NCBI RefSeq assembly: GCF_036365525.1
Contig: NC_090396.1
Span: 24,156,283 to 24,220,282, forward strand
Length of the DNA: 64,000 nucleotides
DNA from: Heterodontus francisci
Taxonomy: Eukaryota
Direction of reading: 5' to 3'
Below are positions 23,810-37,244 of the stretch, piece by piece (position 1 is the first letter of the stretch; each line of letters opens with the position of its first letter). The notes below the pieces were generated by a model. The model had not been told where the DNA came from, made no database searches, and saw only the letters and a program-made list of their open reading frames with translations. Made by a program: the position numbers and the translations under genes.

Positions 23810-25508
23810 CATAAGGGAATTAATAATGGAAAATAAGGAGATGGTAGATGAATTGAACTGGTATTTTGCATTGGTCTTCACTATAGAGGATACAAGTAAC
23901 ATCCCAGAAATAGCTGCAAATCAGGAAATGGAAGGGAGGGAGGAACTCAAGAAAATTACAAACAGCAGGGAAGTGGTACTGAACAAATTGGTTGAGCTGC
24001 GGCTGACAAGTTGATGTGTTGGTTTTAATTTTCTAAAATTCTCTAGATTCGGAGAAGTTTCCATTAGATTGGAAAATAGCAAACGCAACTCCTTTATTCA
24101 AAAAGGGAGGGAAACAGAAAGCAGGCAACTACAGGCTAGTTAGCTTAACATCTGTCATAGGGAAAATATTAAAAGCTATTATTAAAGACATTATGGCAAG
24201 GCACTTAGAAAAATTCAAGGTAATCAGGCAGAGTCAACACGGTTCTGTGAAAAGGAAATCATGTCTAACCAATTTATTGGAGTTCTTTGAAGAAGTAACA
24301 TGTGCTGTGGATAAAGGGGAACTGTGGATGTACTGTACTTACATTTCCAGAAGGCAATTGATAAGGTGCCACATCAAAAGTTATTGTGGAAAATAAAAGC
24401 TCATGGTGTAGGGGGTAACATATTTGCATGATTGGAAGATTGGCTAGCTAACAGGAAACAGAGAGTGGGCATACTTGGGTAATTTTTTTGTTTGGCAAGA
24501 TGTAACGAGTGGTGCGCCGCAAGGAGCAGTGCTGGGGCCTCAACTTTTTACAATTTATATAAATGGATGAAGGGACAGAAGGTATGGTTGCTAAATTTGC
24601 TGGTGACGTAAAGGTAGGTAGAAATGTAAGTTGTGAAGAGGACATAAGGAGGCTGCAAAGGGATATAGATAGGTTAAGTGAGTGGGCAAAGATCTGGCAA
24701 ATGGAGTATAATGTGTGAAAATGTGAAATGTCCATTTTGGCAGGAAGAATAAAAAAGAAGCATATTATCTAAATGGTGAGAGATTGCAGAGCTCAGAAAT
24801 GCAGAGGAATCTGGGTGTCCTAGTGCATGAATCACAAAAGGTTAATATGCAGGTACAGCAAATAATTAGGAAAGCTAATAGAATGTTATCATTCATTGCG
24901 AGGGGAATTGAATACAAAAGTAGGGAGGTTATGCTTCAGTTGTACAGGGCATTGGTGAGCCGACATCTGGAGTACTGTATACAGTATTGGTCTCCTTATT
25001 TAAGGAAGGATGTAAATGCATTGGAAGCAGTTCAGAGAAGGTTTACTAGACTAGTACATAGAAAGGTGGGTTTTCTTATGAGGAATGGTTGGACAGGCTA
25101 GGCTTGTATCCACTTAGAAGAGTAACAGGCGACTTGATTGAAACATATAAGATCCTGAGGGGTCTTGACAGGGTGGATGTATAAAGGACGTTTCCTCTTG
25201 TAGGGGAATCTCGACCTAAGGGGTCACGGTTTAAAAATAAGGGGTCGCCCATTTAAGACAGAGATGAGGAGAAGTTTTTCTCTCAGAGAGTCTTGAGTCT
25301 ATGGAATTCTCTTCCTCAAAAGGTGGTGGAAGCAGAGTCTTTGAATATTTTTAAGGCAGAGGTGGATAGATTCTTGATAAGTAAGGGGGTGAAAGGTTAT
25401 CGGGTAGGCGGGCATGTGGAGTTGAGGTCACAATAAGATCAGCCACGATCTCGTTGAATGGTGGAACAGGCTCGAGGGCCGAGGGGCCGAGTGGCCTATT
25501 CCTGCTCC
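23810..25508 (+). mobile_element. CR1 LINE, ORF2 RT region and 3' UTR, disrupted
   Basis: ENKEMVDELN, SCLTNLLEFFEEVT and YCIQYWSPYLRKD; the 3' UTR ends ggcctattcctgctcc. Confidence 0.92.
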
Positions 25509-25806
25509 CGGGTTCGATTCCGGATACTGCCTGTGTGGAGTTTGCAAGTTCTCCCTGTGTCTGCGTGGGTTTTCTCCGGGTGCTCCGGTTTCCTCCCACA
25601 AGCCAAAAGACTTGCAGGTTGATAAGTAAATTGGCCATTATAAATTGTCACTAGTATAGGTAGGTGGTAGGGAAATATAGGGACAGGTGGGGATGTTTGG
25701 TAGGAATATGGGATTAGTGTAGGATTAGTATAAATGGGTGGTTGATGTTCGGCACAGACTCGGTGGGCCGAAGGGCCTGTTTCAGTGCTGTATCTCTAAA
25801 AAAAAA
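25509..25806 (+). mobile_element. 5'-truncated HE1-like V-SINE inserted in the CR1 tail
   Basis: B-box gggttcgattcc, V-domain and tail gggccgaagggcctgtttcagtgctgtatctctaaa. The CR1 tail resumes as ttcgtatgt. Confidence 0.9.
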
Positions 25807-27254
25807 TTCGTATGTCTGGATGTAATCAACCACTAACGTGGCTTTGTGAATTAATTCTCCCATCCTGAACGAAACCCGACATTTTCAAGTGTTGATATGC
25901 GATTTTGATATTCAGGGCTGAATTATTATCTCACCTTGCATATATTAAATAATAATATAATCTCATTGGACAGTGAATTTGTAATTTACTTTGCTAAAAA
26001 AGTATGAATGAGAAAAGGTTCTCCTGTTATTTACACACAGACTGTTTCAATGTTGCCACCAAGTTTACACTGATCTCCTCCATCAATAATTTGTCTAGTT
26101 GAAGTTTACAGTCATGACTCTAGGTGGCATTCTATCCCATAAATTAACAACTCAAACCTGGAAGTAGTTAACCCTTCACTTCTATCTAATTCCCGGGTTT
26201 CCTGAGCTTGTCATCTCACTCTGACTTCTCAGAAGTAAATTCTCCATGTTCATACAAATCATTATTTTCTTTTGTAGGGGTTCCTCTCCCTTTCATCTGT
26301 GACTCTTAATATAAATGAGATATTATAATAACTGGTTACTATTAGAAATATAATTAATAACTGGAAAATGTTATTTTCAAGTTAGACTAGTGTGCTTGTG
26401 TAAAACCCCTGTTGTAGAGCATCCAACTCTTCCTCTTTTATCACATTCCTTTATGGATAGTATTCTTCTAATAAACTGAAATAACCACATCTTCCAATGC
26501 ATAATGAATAAGTTAATCACATTCAAGAAATGAGAGGGTGGGAAAGTTTCAGGTGGGCATGGCTCAAAAGGATGACACACACATTATGGAGGTGTTTTTA
26601 TGGAATCAGTCTAAATCTGCCCAAAATAGACAAAATGGTCTTGAAGGGATTTGCATTTTGTGCAACACAGTTATCCTGCTGCCAGAGATCATTAGTTCTG
26701 GTTTTATAAATATGTCTTCATCTTGTAACATGTTTCTGAGGAAACAACATATTTTGCACATTTCCTTGAGATGTGTCAGGATAACTCAAGTTTTTGAATG
26801 ACCATTGATTTGAGGGTCGGTTCACCAATCCTGTGCTCCCGGCAGGAAGCCAAGCTTGAAAGGAGTTTGGGTTGGAAAATCGGTACAGTGGTGTTGCGAC
26901 CCCATTTATCCTTGTACTCCTGTTCTGTGTGGCTCCCCACAGGGACCAGGGGGTGTGCTTGAATGTACCTTGTGGCCTGAAACCATGCTCATGAGAACTG
27001 GGCAAACAACCCTATTAAATCAATCAACGATTTTTTAACATGTATTCTGGATAAGGTGAACTACATTCTGCACAACACCCAAAATCTCCAGCTAAACTCT
27101 CCTAAAATGCCTGCAACTTTTGTGTAACACGAAGCACGACATTGCAATGCTTCTATTCATCCCTTTCACACCCACTGATGTCAGAAAATACATTTTCCTT
27201 TATTGTTTCTTATTCCAAAGCCAGTGCAGTCCAGCCATCTGGTTACTTTGCTCA

Positions 27255-27960
27255 TCAAATCAAACCTGTTGGACAACTGCAAGGGCCGAGGCTCCACCAG
27301 CGCTACCTTCTGGATCCCCATATCTGCCTCACTCGTAGTCATACCCTTTGAAGTATCTAGCCTAAGGGGAGTGATCGCCTCCTGGAACAAAGTGTCCAGG
27401 TAACTTTCCCCCTCCCTGATGCATCACAATGTCCGAATCTCTTCAATTCTGAGCCGAAGTTCCTCGAGCTGCAGACACTTTCTGCAGATATGGTTGCTGT
27501 GGATCACACTGGTGTCCACCAGCTCCCACATGCTACAGCTGCAACACATCGCCTGCCCTGTCATCTTTATTGTGTTTTATTTAACTAATTAGGTTTCAAG
27601 TTTAGAATGATAATTTGTACTTATATTAAGTAGCTAAACTAGTTAAGCTACAAATTTAATACAATACTTATATCTCCCCAGTACCAGTTTGAACTACTGT
27701 CCCAGTTTCAAAAGGAAACATAAAACCCTGAAAACTCACCAACCAATCACCTACCTCTTTACCTGATTAATGCCTCTGGGCTTTAGCTCTCAGGTCTCAC
27801 TATCTCCAGCTCCCTCTCTTGGCTCTGTGCTTGTTCTGTAAAAGACCAGAACAGCACCTCCTCCCTCACTGCACTGAATTCCTACACTTACCAAATTCCC
27901 AAGTTAAGCACTCTGTCTCGCAGGACTCAGTTCAGCTGAACTTCATGCCGTTTAAGTATC
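27255..27960 (-). mobile_element. CR1 5' remnant: putative 5' UTR plus the ORF1 N-terminus (CxxC..CxxC and leucine zipper)
   Basis: From the ATG at 27564 it reads MTGQAMCCSCSMWELVDTSVIHSNHICRKCLQLEELRLRIEE..*..EGESYLDTLFQEAITP..PLQLSNRFDL. Confidence 0.75.
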
Positions 27961-28074
27961 GCAGCATTGGAGAAGTGTAGTATTGCAGAGGGCCGCAATG
28001 AACAGGTGTGCCGTAGTCTGGTGCTGTTCATTGGCCTGCTGGTGATCAAAGTTGCTTTGAATCAATTCTGTCAG

Positions 28075-28520
28075 CAGTGGTAAAGTAGCACCCTCACCTC
28101 AGAATCAGAAGTTTGTGGCTTCATAGTTCTACTCCAAAGAATTTGAGCATACAATCTAGTCTGACACTCTATTGCAGTACTGAGGGAGTGCTGCACTGTC
28201 AGAGGTGCCGTCTTTCAGATGAGTCATTGAACCAAGGCCCCGTTTGCTATCTCAGGTGGATGTAAAAGATCCCATGGCATTATTCAAAGAGCAGTGGAGT
28301 TCTCTTGGGTGTCTTGGCTAGTTGCTCAACCAGCATTCTTAAAAACATATTAGCTGGTCATTATCTCATTGCTGTTTGTGTGGGAGCTTGCTGTGCACAG
28401 TTTGGATGCTGCATTATCTACATTACAACAGTGTCTACACTTCAAAAGTACTTCATTGGCTGTCAAGATTTTTGGAAGGTTCTGGTGTCGTGAAAAGTGC
28501 TATGTTACTGCAAATTGTTT
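28075..28520 (+). mobile_element. DeuSINE, near full length
   Basis: gtactgagggagtgctgcactgtcagaggtgccgtctttcagatgag..ctcaggtggatgtaaaagatcccatggc. Confidence 0.88.
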
Positions 28521-28859
28521 ATTTAACTGGGAAATAACTAATGGGGCACTCGGAGCTGAGTCAGATACTGGCTGTTACTGGGTACTAGCCACTGGGAATC
28601 AAGCCTGATAATGATTGCTATCGAGCATAACAAACTGGAGAAAGTGAGTGTATGAGCTACAAATGGGCAATAACAAACCGGGACATTGAAAACAGGGGGC
28701 TCCTGGACAATTCCAGGCAATAGCCGATGGAGACATTAGGAAGCAGATATGAGCAAGAGTCAGACCAATAATCAACTAAGACATTAAGAGCTGAATCGGA
28801 CATTAGTTGTAAGCAATTGTTGAGCTGAGTCAGATTATGCTCACACAAGGTGCCAAGTT

Positions 28860-29245
28860 AGTTAATGGTGTAGTGATTATGGGATTGGATTAAGAGCCTA
28901 GAGGTTGTGAATTTCAATCCTACTAGGGCATGTTATGAAACTGAAATCAATAAATCTGATGCTTTTTTTTTAGGCCACCACCAAGAAAAAGACAGTAAAC
29001 CTGCCGCATTCTTTTAAAACCTAAATGCTTCATTTATGTCTTTCAGGGACCCTTTCCTAGTTGGCCTACACATGACTCCAGTCCTGCACTTCACTTCTTA
29101 ATGCCCTCTGAAATAACTTAGCTAAAGCCACTTAGTTGTACAGATAATTGTAGAAGGCCCACCATCACTACCGTCTGAGGGCAAGTAGGGATGGACAATA
29201 AATGCAGCCTTGCCCGCATCCCTGTGAACAAAATAAACAAAAGTA
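28860..29245 (+). mobile_element. SINE family B (shares its 3' tail with LINE-B), old copy
   Basis: tRNA-like head, body ggcctacacatgactccag, tail gggcaagtagggatggacaataaatgc. Confidence 0.7.
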
Positions 29246-30337
29246 GCCAAGGCACAGGAGCCGAGTGAGACATCTAGTGATAATCAGTTGATAAACAGAT
29301 AATCACTGGGAGCAGTCCCACACTTGGCAATAACCACCGGAGACATCCGCAATGTCAGGCATTGGCCATGACTGTGAATTAACCAACATAGACAGTGGAG
29401 AGCAAGAGAGCGTAAAGATGGTAGGATCAGTGGGGGATCCCCTGATGGGCTCAGCATACTTCATTTAACTGTTCAGGACCTGCAGTGTATTCTGCCAAAG
29501 TGTGTGTTTGAAGCATCAAAGCTAGTGTAAGGGGAGAGCAATAAGGCACAGGACAGCTGAATATCCCAGGCAAAAAAAGAAGAGTCATCACACAGATTAA
29601 GAGGGTTGAAACAGAGGAGGGCAAGTAGGTTGCAGCATGCACTGGGGAGCGACAGCACAGGGAATCACTCGAAGACTGAACTTGTTTAATAGATATACCA
29701 TGCAGATGAAAACAGTGGCACAGGGAGGATAGTCAGGAACATCATGTCATTCGTGGAATGTGCGTTATGTGAGGGTTCTGGCTAAATCCTTCTGGCAACA
29801 TTACATTGCGGTTTTCAGGAACCATGCTCTTTGAATTTCATATTGTGTGTGTTAACTTTTGTTCAACTTTTTTTCTTTTCTGACTGTACTTTGATGGGAA
29901 TATTCTGAAGTACATTTCTTCATGGAAAGTACAGTAAATTCATCATTAAATTCTTGTGTGGTAAGTGCTTATAGAAGCGAATGAGAACCTGATAAAAATA
30001 TGATATCATTATCAGTCTTTCTTTTCCCCAGCTTCGTTTCACACCCTGATGAACCTGCTTTGCATATTCACAATTTCTTTCTGGATTTCCCGCATTTATT
30101 TTATGTGCATAAAAAGTTATTTCTTTGTCACAAACAAGTGCTAGTAGTGACTGATGATTCATTCTGGAGTACAGCAATGTAGCTGTACCGAATCTAAGTA
30201 CATTGTAAATTTTCATTCGAAAAGGTCAGAATATGCCCTGATTTACACATCTTTTCTCCATACTATAATATAAAGAATTAGCTACTTAAAAATATTTTCC
30301 TAGATGTAATATGATTTATACACAGGCCTGTAGATTG

Positions 30338-30568
30338 GTTGTTGTAGTCATAGTCCCGAAGGACCAATGGCATCTCTCCCCATGAGACAGAAAGAGACAC
30401 ACACAGTTGGTGATGTATAGCTTGAGGGTCACCACTCCTCAAGCATGGGGCAAGGTGAGGAGGCAGACCTTCATAAACTATCACAGCTGGTATAGAGAAT
30501 TGAACCTGCACTGTTGGTGTATTTTTTTAATATTACATTCTAGCCAACTGAGCTAACTTATCCTCCAA
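30338..30568 (-). mobile_element. Short tRNA-derived SINE (family D)
   Basis: Minus-strand head gttagctcagttggctaga..caggttcaattc. Flanked by the TSD-like pair ctgtagattg / ctgtagactg. Confidence 0.6.
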
Positions 30569-30629
30569 CTGTAGACTGATAACATTGAATTATTCACAGG
30601 CCTGTAGATTTAGGACAGTGAGTTATTTT

Positions 30630-31455
30630 AAATCCCTGACCACTGCCTTTTCCACTCTCATCTCCAACAAGTGCAATTAGCTCATGAACTTCTTTGTCAC
30701 TAACATTAAGACCATCTGTTCAAATGCCTCTGCTACTTCACTCCCTTCCCCTAGCCCACCTGGCCAAAATTCTGGTAAGGATCCCCTCTGCGCTAGCTCT
30801 GAACTGATCACCCATCTTCACTTCCTGACTCCCATGTTAGCTGATATTGTAAACGGTTCCCTTTCCTCAGGTACTGCCTTCAAATTTGGCATCATCACCC
30901 CTCTCCTTAAAATAAACACCATGTTTTAAAAGGAGAAGTAGTCTAATGGTGACCATGAAACCATTGTCAATTGTTGTAAAAACCCATCTGGTTCACTAAT
31001 GTCCTTTAGGGAAGGAAATCTGCCGTCCTTACCTGGTCTGGCCTACATGTGACTCCAGACCCACAGAAATGTGGTTGACTCTTAAATGCCCTCTGACATA
31101 GCCTAACAAGCCACTGAGTTCAAGGGATGGGCAATAAATGCTGGACTAGCCAGCGATACCTACATCCCACGAATGAATAAAAAAAAAATTCTGACCTCTT
31201 GCGCAATGGACATTGACAGCCATGCCATCAGCTGCCTAAATTCTGAAATCCTCTCCCTAAACCTCTCTGATTCGCTACCTCTCTCTTCTCGTTTAAGATG
31301 CTTCTCAAAACCTATCTCCCTCAGCAAGCTTTTGCTTATCTGTCCTAATATTTTCTATGTAGGTCGGTGTCACACTTTGCTTGATAATGCTTCTGCAAAG
31401 CGCCTAGGGAGATTTTACTATGTTAAGGTGCTATATAAATGCAAGTGTTGTTGTA
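30630..31455 (+). mobile_element. L2 remnant interrupted by a SINE-B
   Basis: L2 ORF2 remnant (PMLADIVNGSLSSG..FK..ITPLLK) and tail gctatataaatgcaagtgttgttg. Confidence 0.7.
30930..31190 (+). mobile_element. SINE family B, younger 5'-truncated copy
   Basis: catctggttcactaatgtcctttagggaaggaaatctgccgtccttacc..aataaatgctgg..gaatgaataaaaaaaaaa. Confidence 0.85.
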
Positions 31456-32934
31456 TACACTGGATTAGTGACAGTGAGATATTTGCAGTGTTGTTGGTTG
31501 GCAGTGAATTTTATACAGCATTGTGGAATGATGGTACTGAGCTAAATGCAGGATCCTAAAGCTCTGTTAGTGAGTTTCATAAAGTGTAACTAATGGTTGG
31601 CATTGAGTAGCAGAAACACTAATAGGCACCTGGCAGTGAGTTTCAAGGCTGTAACTGAATCAAAATGTTCTGATGATGTGCCAAATAAATTCCAATCCAA
31701 GAATAACATTCCTTTGGCAAACTAATTGTGCTTAGAAGGTTTAGCAATATTTTCCCTCCCTTAGGTCTATGGTACAGATCCTTTATGTAAAAACCTGCTC
31801 TCTGTGCAGTTCTAGAATTTCAACTATAACTTAGCAAATTGCTGATCAGTTACTCTGCCACGTAGGACTTTGACTACTTGCAAACTGCTACTTTGTATCA
31901 TTTAGTTTTTGCACCATAAACATTCTATAAATCAGATTATGCAATAATCTAATTTGGTGTTAATGCCGCCCATTTTGAATTTTGCCCCATTTGTTACCGT
32001 TTCAATAGAATTATAAAAATTATCAGCACAGAAATAGCCATTCGACCCATCACATCTTTGTTAACATTTTGCAAGAGCAATCTAAAGCTAACCCGACTTC
32101 TCTGCTTTCCCTCGATAGCCCTATGTCACCCTCTGTTTTGAATGTTAACATATTTTATCCTTAAATAATACAAAGGTCTCTGCCTCAACTACTCCCTGTG
32201 GCAAAGCATTCCAAATTCCAACAAGTGGCTGCATTAAGATTCATGTTTCTAAATGAATTGTTTCATAATATTAAGTTAGTCAAGGGACATGCAATCTTTG
32301 TTTCCAATATAGAATTGCAAATTCAGTCGATGTAGAGTGGTCACTGGTTCTCTGGAGCACTGTAATATGACTTAACTAATCCCTGCAGTTCAATGGCAGA
32401 ACTAAATTACGAGAAACATTATGGCTGATGAATGCCTTAACTACTGACAACTGGTCTTTAATATAAATTTTAAAAAAATCAATGAATAAACTTATTAATT
32501 ATTTATGCACACTTAAGTTTATATTTATGGCTCAAACACTGAACTGAATGGAAATAGAACTAAAATATTAATGTGTAGTCTATCAAATTAGAAGAGTCAA
32601 AATAATCCCCATCATTTTCTTGTTATATTACTTTGCCTGCGCATTTAGTTAATATGACCATGTTTATGAAGCACCAGTGTTACCAATGCATGAATATTTA
32701 ATATAATTGTATTTTATGCATGTCCTTCTGTTGGCCGTAAAGGCCCTCTGTGAAATGGGTTTGGGCAGTCTCAACCTAGATTGCCTTTGAGCCTAAACAA
32801 CCAACTTGCTCCTAATTTAAAATTAGCAAGCCTCTGTTGTGTCCCTTTCCCTTTGGAAGTCACTGACTAATGCTGTGGTACATTTCTAATTAGCTAGTTA
32901 CACTTTCATAGGTCGTTCAAGTGCAAACGTAGCA

Positions 32935-33155
32935 ACATAGGCACAAAGGGTAATGCCTCAAGCCTGTTCCACCTTTCAATTAGATTATAGCTAATCTGTA
33001 TCTCAACTCCATCTACCCACCCTGGCTCTGGAACCCTTGCCAAACAAAATCTATCACTCAATTTTGAAATTTTCGATTGATCTAGCCTCAACAGTATTTT
33101 GGGGATAGAGTTCCAGATTTCCACTATTCTTCATGGGAAGAAACACTTCCCGACA
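32935..33155 (-). mobile_element. CR1 3' UTR fragment
   Basis: Reverse complement of a CR1 end (EIWNSIPK.. remnant). Confidence 0.7.
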
Positions 33156-34855
33156 TAGAATCATTGAATCTTACAGCACAGAAGGAGACCATATGGCCCA
33201 TTATGCTTGTGCCGGCTTTTTAAAAGAGATCCAATTTAGTCCCATACCCCAGTTTTTTTCTCATAACCCTGCGAATTAGTACATGTCCAATTGCCTTTTG
33301 AAAGTTGCTATTGTTACCACTGAGGTGGGAGGAGTGCACTGTCTTTTCTAGTTCCACTTCTCCACAGGTCACAACATATATTTAAATGTTTACCCAGTTA
33401 CCGATACGGTCAATCACAGACTCTACTCATTATCCCAGAATAAAATACACCGACCAGGTTTCTTTAATAAACAACAAAATTAACAGTTTGTTATAAAACA
33501 AGACTTAACCAGTAACGAAGCAAAGCATTAACACACAGATTGAAATGTGAAAGTTCTCTTTTACCTTAGCCCCTCATACACACACACACATACCCACGCA
33601 TTGGTTAACTGGAAAAAAAGAGATTTTCTTTTTAGAGCTCTGTTACAAAAAAAAAGACAAAGCAAAAAATACTTTGACCAAATACTTGCTAATTCCTGAA
33701 GAAAAAAAGAGAAGATATGGAAAGATGTCAGTTGTCCCTTTTTTGGCTTGGCGTCCCAAATACGTATAGACGGCTGTCACTGGGATCTTTCTATGGAGCA
33801 ATTTGGTCAGGCGCTGTTGAGGATTTATCTGGCAGGTTTTTCCATCGTCGCAGGAGAAATGCGGCAACTGGAGTTCAGGCAGGCCTTTCAGGAGGAATGC
33901 ATTATCAATTTCTCTATTTCTTACACTCGCTTCTAAAAGCTTCTCAAAGAGATGGAAAAACTGGCAGGCTTTTCAAAGAGATGGAACAGGCTGAGCTGGG
34001 GTGACTGCTCTCCTGGCTGGTCTTTAAAACTCCAACTGCCTGTCCAAAGCGAAACCAAAAACAATATCTCAAGAGTCAAGCCTCCTGACTCCTATAAATC
34101 TTGACCTAGCACTTCACTGTAAACATCTTCTCCAAGTCAAAAAGCCCCCTGCTTGGTATTTATCTGAAGACAGGTGACTTCCAGTACATGTTGTTTGCAC
34201 ACAAGACCTCTCAGTTCCTTCAATGACCCCAATGAAAAAATCATCCATGGAATCCTTTTCAGTTTTCCCAAATAAAGCATAAGTCCTCAAAATTTTACAA
34301 AAAAATGGAAATACTTTCGTAACACTATGGAATCTGATTCCATCACTTTCAAATGTTGTATTGCAGATCCCAACAGCCCTCTATGTGAAAAAAAATCCTC
34401 TACATTTCTCCCCTAGCTCTTTGTCAGTTATTTTAAATTTATGACCTCTAGTTATCAACCCACTTGCTAGAGGGAACAGTTTCTCCCTACTTGCTCTATC
34501 AAAACCCCTCATAATTTTGAATACACTTATTAGGTCACTCCTTAACTTTCTCTGCTCTGAGGGGAAAAATCTCAGCTTCTCCAACCTTGCCACATAATTG
34601 AACTCCCTCATCCTTGGTATCATCCTGGTAAATCTTCTCTGTACCATCTTCAGAGCAATGACATCCTTCCAAAAATGTGGTACGCAGAATTGTATACAAT
34701 ACTCCAGCTGAGCCTAACCAATGATTTGTAAAGGTTTGGCATGACTTCCTTGCTTTTGTATTCAATGCCCTTACTTACAAAGCGAAGTATCCCATTCCCT
34801 TTCATCACTGCCATTTCAACTTGTCCTGTCACATTCAAGGATTTATGAATATGCC
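33156..34855 (-). mobile_element. CR1 3' fragment interrupted by a solo LTR
   Basis: ORFs VQRRFTRMIP..DLISVFKIMRGFD and GIEYKSKEVM; the tail catagaatcattgaatc is at 33154. Confidence 0.88.
33312..34324. mobile_element. Solo LTR (~1.0 kb) with a 4-bp TSD
   Basis: TGTTAC...GTAACA termini with TSD CTAT (33308-33311 / 34325-34328). It cleanly splits the CR1 sequence gttgctat|ggaatc. Confidence 0.85.
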
Positions 34856-34989
34856 CCCACCCCCCCACCAGGCACCCTGAGCAGCCTATCTCTGATTTAA
34901 GGTTATACCCATTGTTCTGAACTCCTTCACCAGAGAAAATAGTTTCTCTCTATCTACCCTACCACTGCCTTTATTCAGCTTAAACTTGT

Positions 34990-35260
34990 CTTCATGTTTC
35001 AGCCTGTATAATGAGTGTTGGTGGGTTATGGGACCATGGGAAGACATGCAGCCAAGCCTGAGCTGACATTACCACTGTCCACAAAGGAACATTTTGCAGC
35101 AGGATTCCGTTGATAGTCATCAGGAACCATGGCTGATTTATATCCTTTCCGACCTGAAGCCAATTACATTGCTCTGTAGCCACCCTGGCTAAAACAGGTT
35201 AGCTGAGTATGGATGAGGGAATTGAACCAGGGACTTTCCTAAAATTGGCAGTCACTCAAG
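34990..35260 (-). mobile_element. SINE family C copy
   Basis: ggaattgaaccagggactttcc (B-box reverse complement) and a body similar to 23500-23795. Confidence 0.55.
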
Positions 35261-35709
35261 GGAGGCCATAATGCTGGTATGGGAAGTGGATAATTCCACT
35301 CTGGTGTATTGGGGGGGTGCCCTTCTCACTTTGGAGTTGAAGCACCTTGTTGCAGCACCTGACCTGAGATCCACCAGTGGACATTGGATGCCAAGATACA
35401 GGAAAGTGTTTGGTTTCCTCAGTATTGACATTTCTCACCTTGATCAACACAAAAATTCCCTTTTCTTTCACTATGTCTTTGAGTAATGAATTTAATCTGC
35501 TTCCAAAGCATGTTTTTAGTATTAAATGTCATTGCCTTTGACAATGTTCTCTTTAAAATTTATCTATTGTGCACTGCCAGTTTTTTTAGTGCATGTTCCC
35601 TTTAATTTTTTTTAGTTACTGCATGCACAGTATTTATCACAGAAGGCTTGCACGGTACCTTCCAGGCTGTTGTGTGGCTGTGCACCCGCGCAGCTTAGCA
35701 GGAACATTG

Positions 35710-36270
35710 GCTTTCAGCCCCCATCACAAACTCTGTTCCCTAACCACCAACTCCATCCCTCTCCCTGGCCACTGTTCCAGGCAGAACATGGCTGTTGTCC
35801 TATTTTACTCTGAGCTGAGCTTCTGACTCCATATCCTCTCCATCACCAAGACTGCCTATTTCCACCTCAGTATCATTGCTCATCTCCACCCGTCTCAGCT
35901 CATTTGCTGCTGAAACCATCATCCATGCCTTTGTTACCGCAGACATGACTATTCCAATGCTGTCCTCCTGACCAGTCTCCTACCTTACGTCCTTTGTAAA
36001 CATGAGCTCATCCAAAACTCTGCTGTCAGCATCCTAACTCGCACAAGACCTGCTCATCCATCAAACCTGTGCTCACCCATCTACATTGGCTCCAGGTCCA
36101 GCAACATCTCAATTTTAAAATTCTCAACATTGTTTTCAAATCGTTCTGTGGCCTTACCCCTGCCTATCTCTGTATCCTCCTCCAGCTCTCTTTGATAACA
36201 TTCCTGTGAATCACCTTGGGAGGTTTTATTACACCAAGCTGCAATATAAATGCACGTTATTGTTATTCTT
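35710..36270 (+). mobile_element. L2 3' fragment
   Basis: Remnant of AETIIHAFVT.RHDYSNA and LIQNSA; tail aatataaatgcacgttattg. Confidence 0.8.
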
Positions 36271-36488
36271 GCATTACCAGTAAGTTAGTAATTTGGAATT
36301 CAAATATCACCATGGCAGATTCTGAAATAGAATTTAATTTGTGGGTTGGTGTAAGAACAAATGATAATAGAAGCTTCTGGATTGTTGTAAAAACTCAACT
36401 GCTTCAATAATCTCCTGTTGGAAAGAAAATCTGCCACCTTTAACCTAGTATGTGTGACTCCAATCCCACACTACATAGTTCATTCTTA

Positions 36489-37244
36489 GGGCTGGAATTA
36501 ATGGGCCACCCTGAGATGGACTAGGAGGCAGGGGGGTCATAGAATTGCGACCGGAGCGGAGGGCCCGTCACCTCCTTGTCACTTCGTGATTAAGTCGGAG
36601 GCAGGAAAGGCCGAAGACAGCCTTCCTGCCCCAAGGCCAATTGAGGTTCTTAAGTGGCCAATTATTAGCCACTTCAGGGCCTCTTCCTTTCATGCTGGAA
36701 TTAAGCCAGCAGCAGGTAGGGCCTCCACTGCGTGCGGAAGTCATCCAGTAAAACGAGGCAACCTATCTGTGGAATGGTGGGGGGGGGGTGGGGGTCCTCC
36801 TCCATGGGCAATCTGTGGCCCATGGAAGGCCCCCGCTGGCAAACACCCCAACTCCTGTCACATCCCCCCCCCCAACTGCACATCCCCCACCCTCCACCCC
36901 TACTATTGCCAGGGCCCTCTGGACTGGTCCCGGCGACCCTCCCTCACTTACTTCTTGTCTTGCTCTCCAGCGATGAACTTGCTCCCTGGCCTCCTGTAGT
37001 ACCAGCAGTGGCCACTGCTCCCGGTGGCACTGCCAATACTACTGAGCTGCCAGCCCTCTGATTGGCTGGCAGCTCTTGGAGGTGGGATCCCTGTCTTTTA
37101 AAGGACAGGGATCTTGGCGCTGGGCCCTTAAGGGAATGAGTGTCATTGATTCACGCTGGTGGGCCTCCAAGAGGCTAAGGCGTGGTTCCCCTCACCTTTT
37201 CGGCCCGGCACCGGGAGCCCTGCAGGCATGATTAAATCCAGCCC
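36489..37244. mobile_element. Harbinger-like MITE inserted in a SINE-B (36270-36488 and 37247-37330)
   Basis: TIR gggctggaattaat / attaaatccagccc, flanked by TTA and TCA (a TNA-type 3-bp TSD with one mismatch). Confidence 0.8.
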
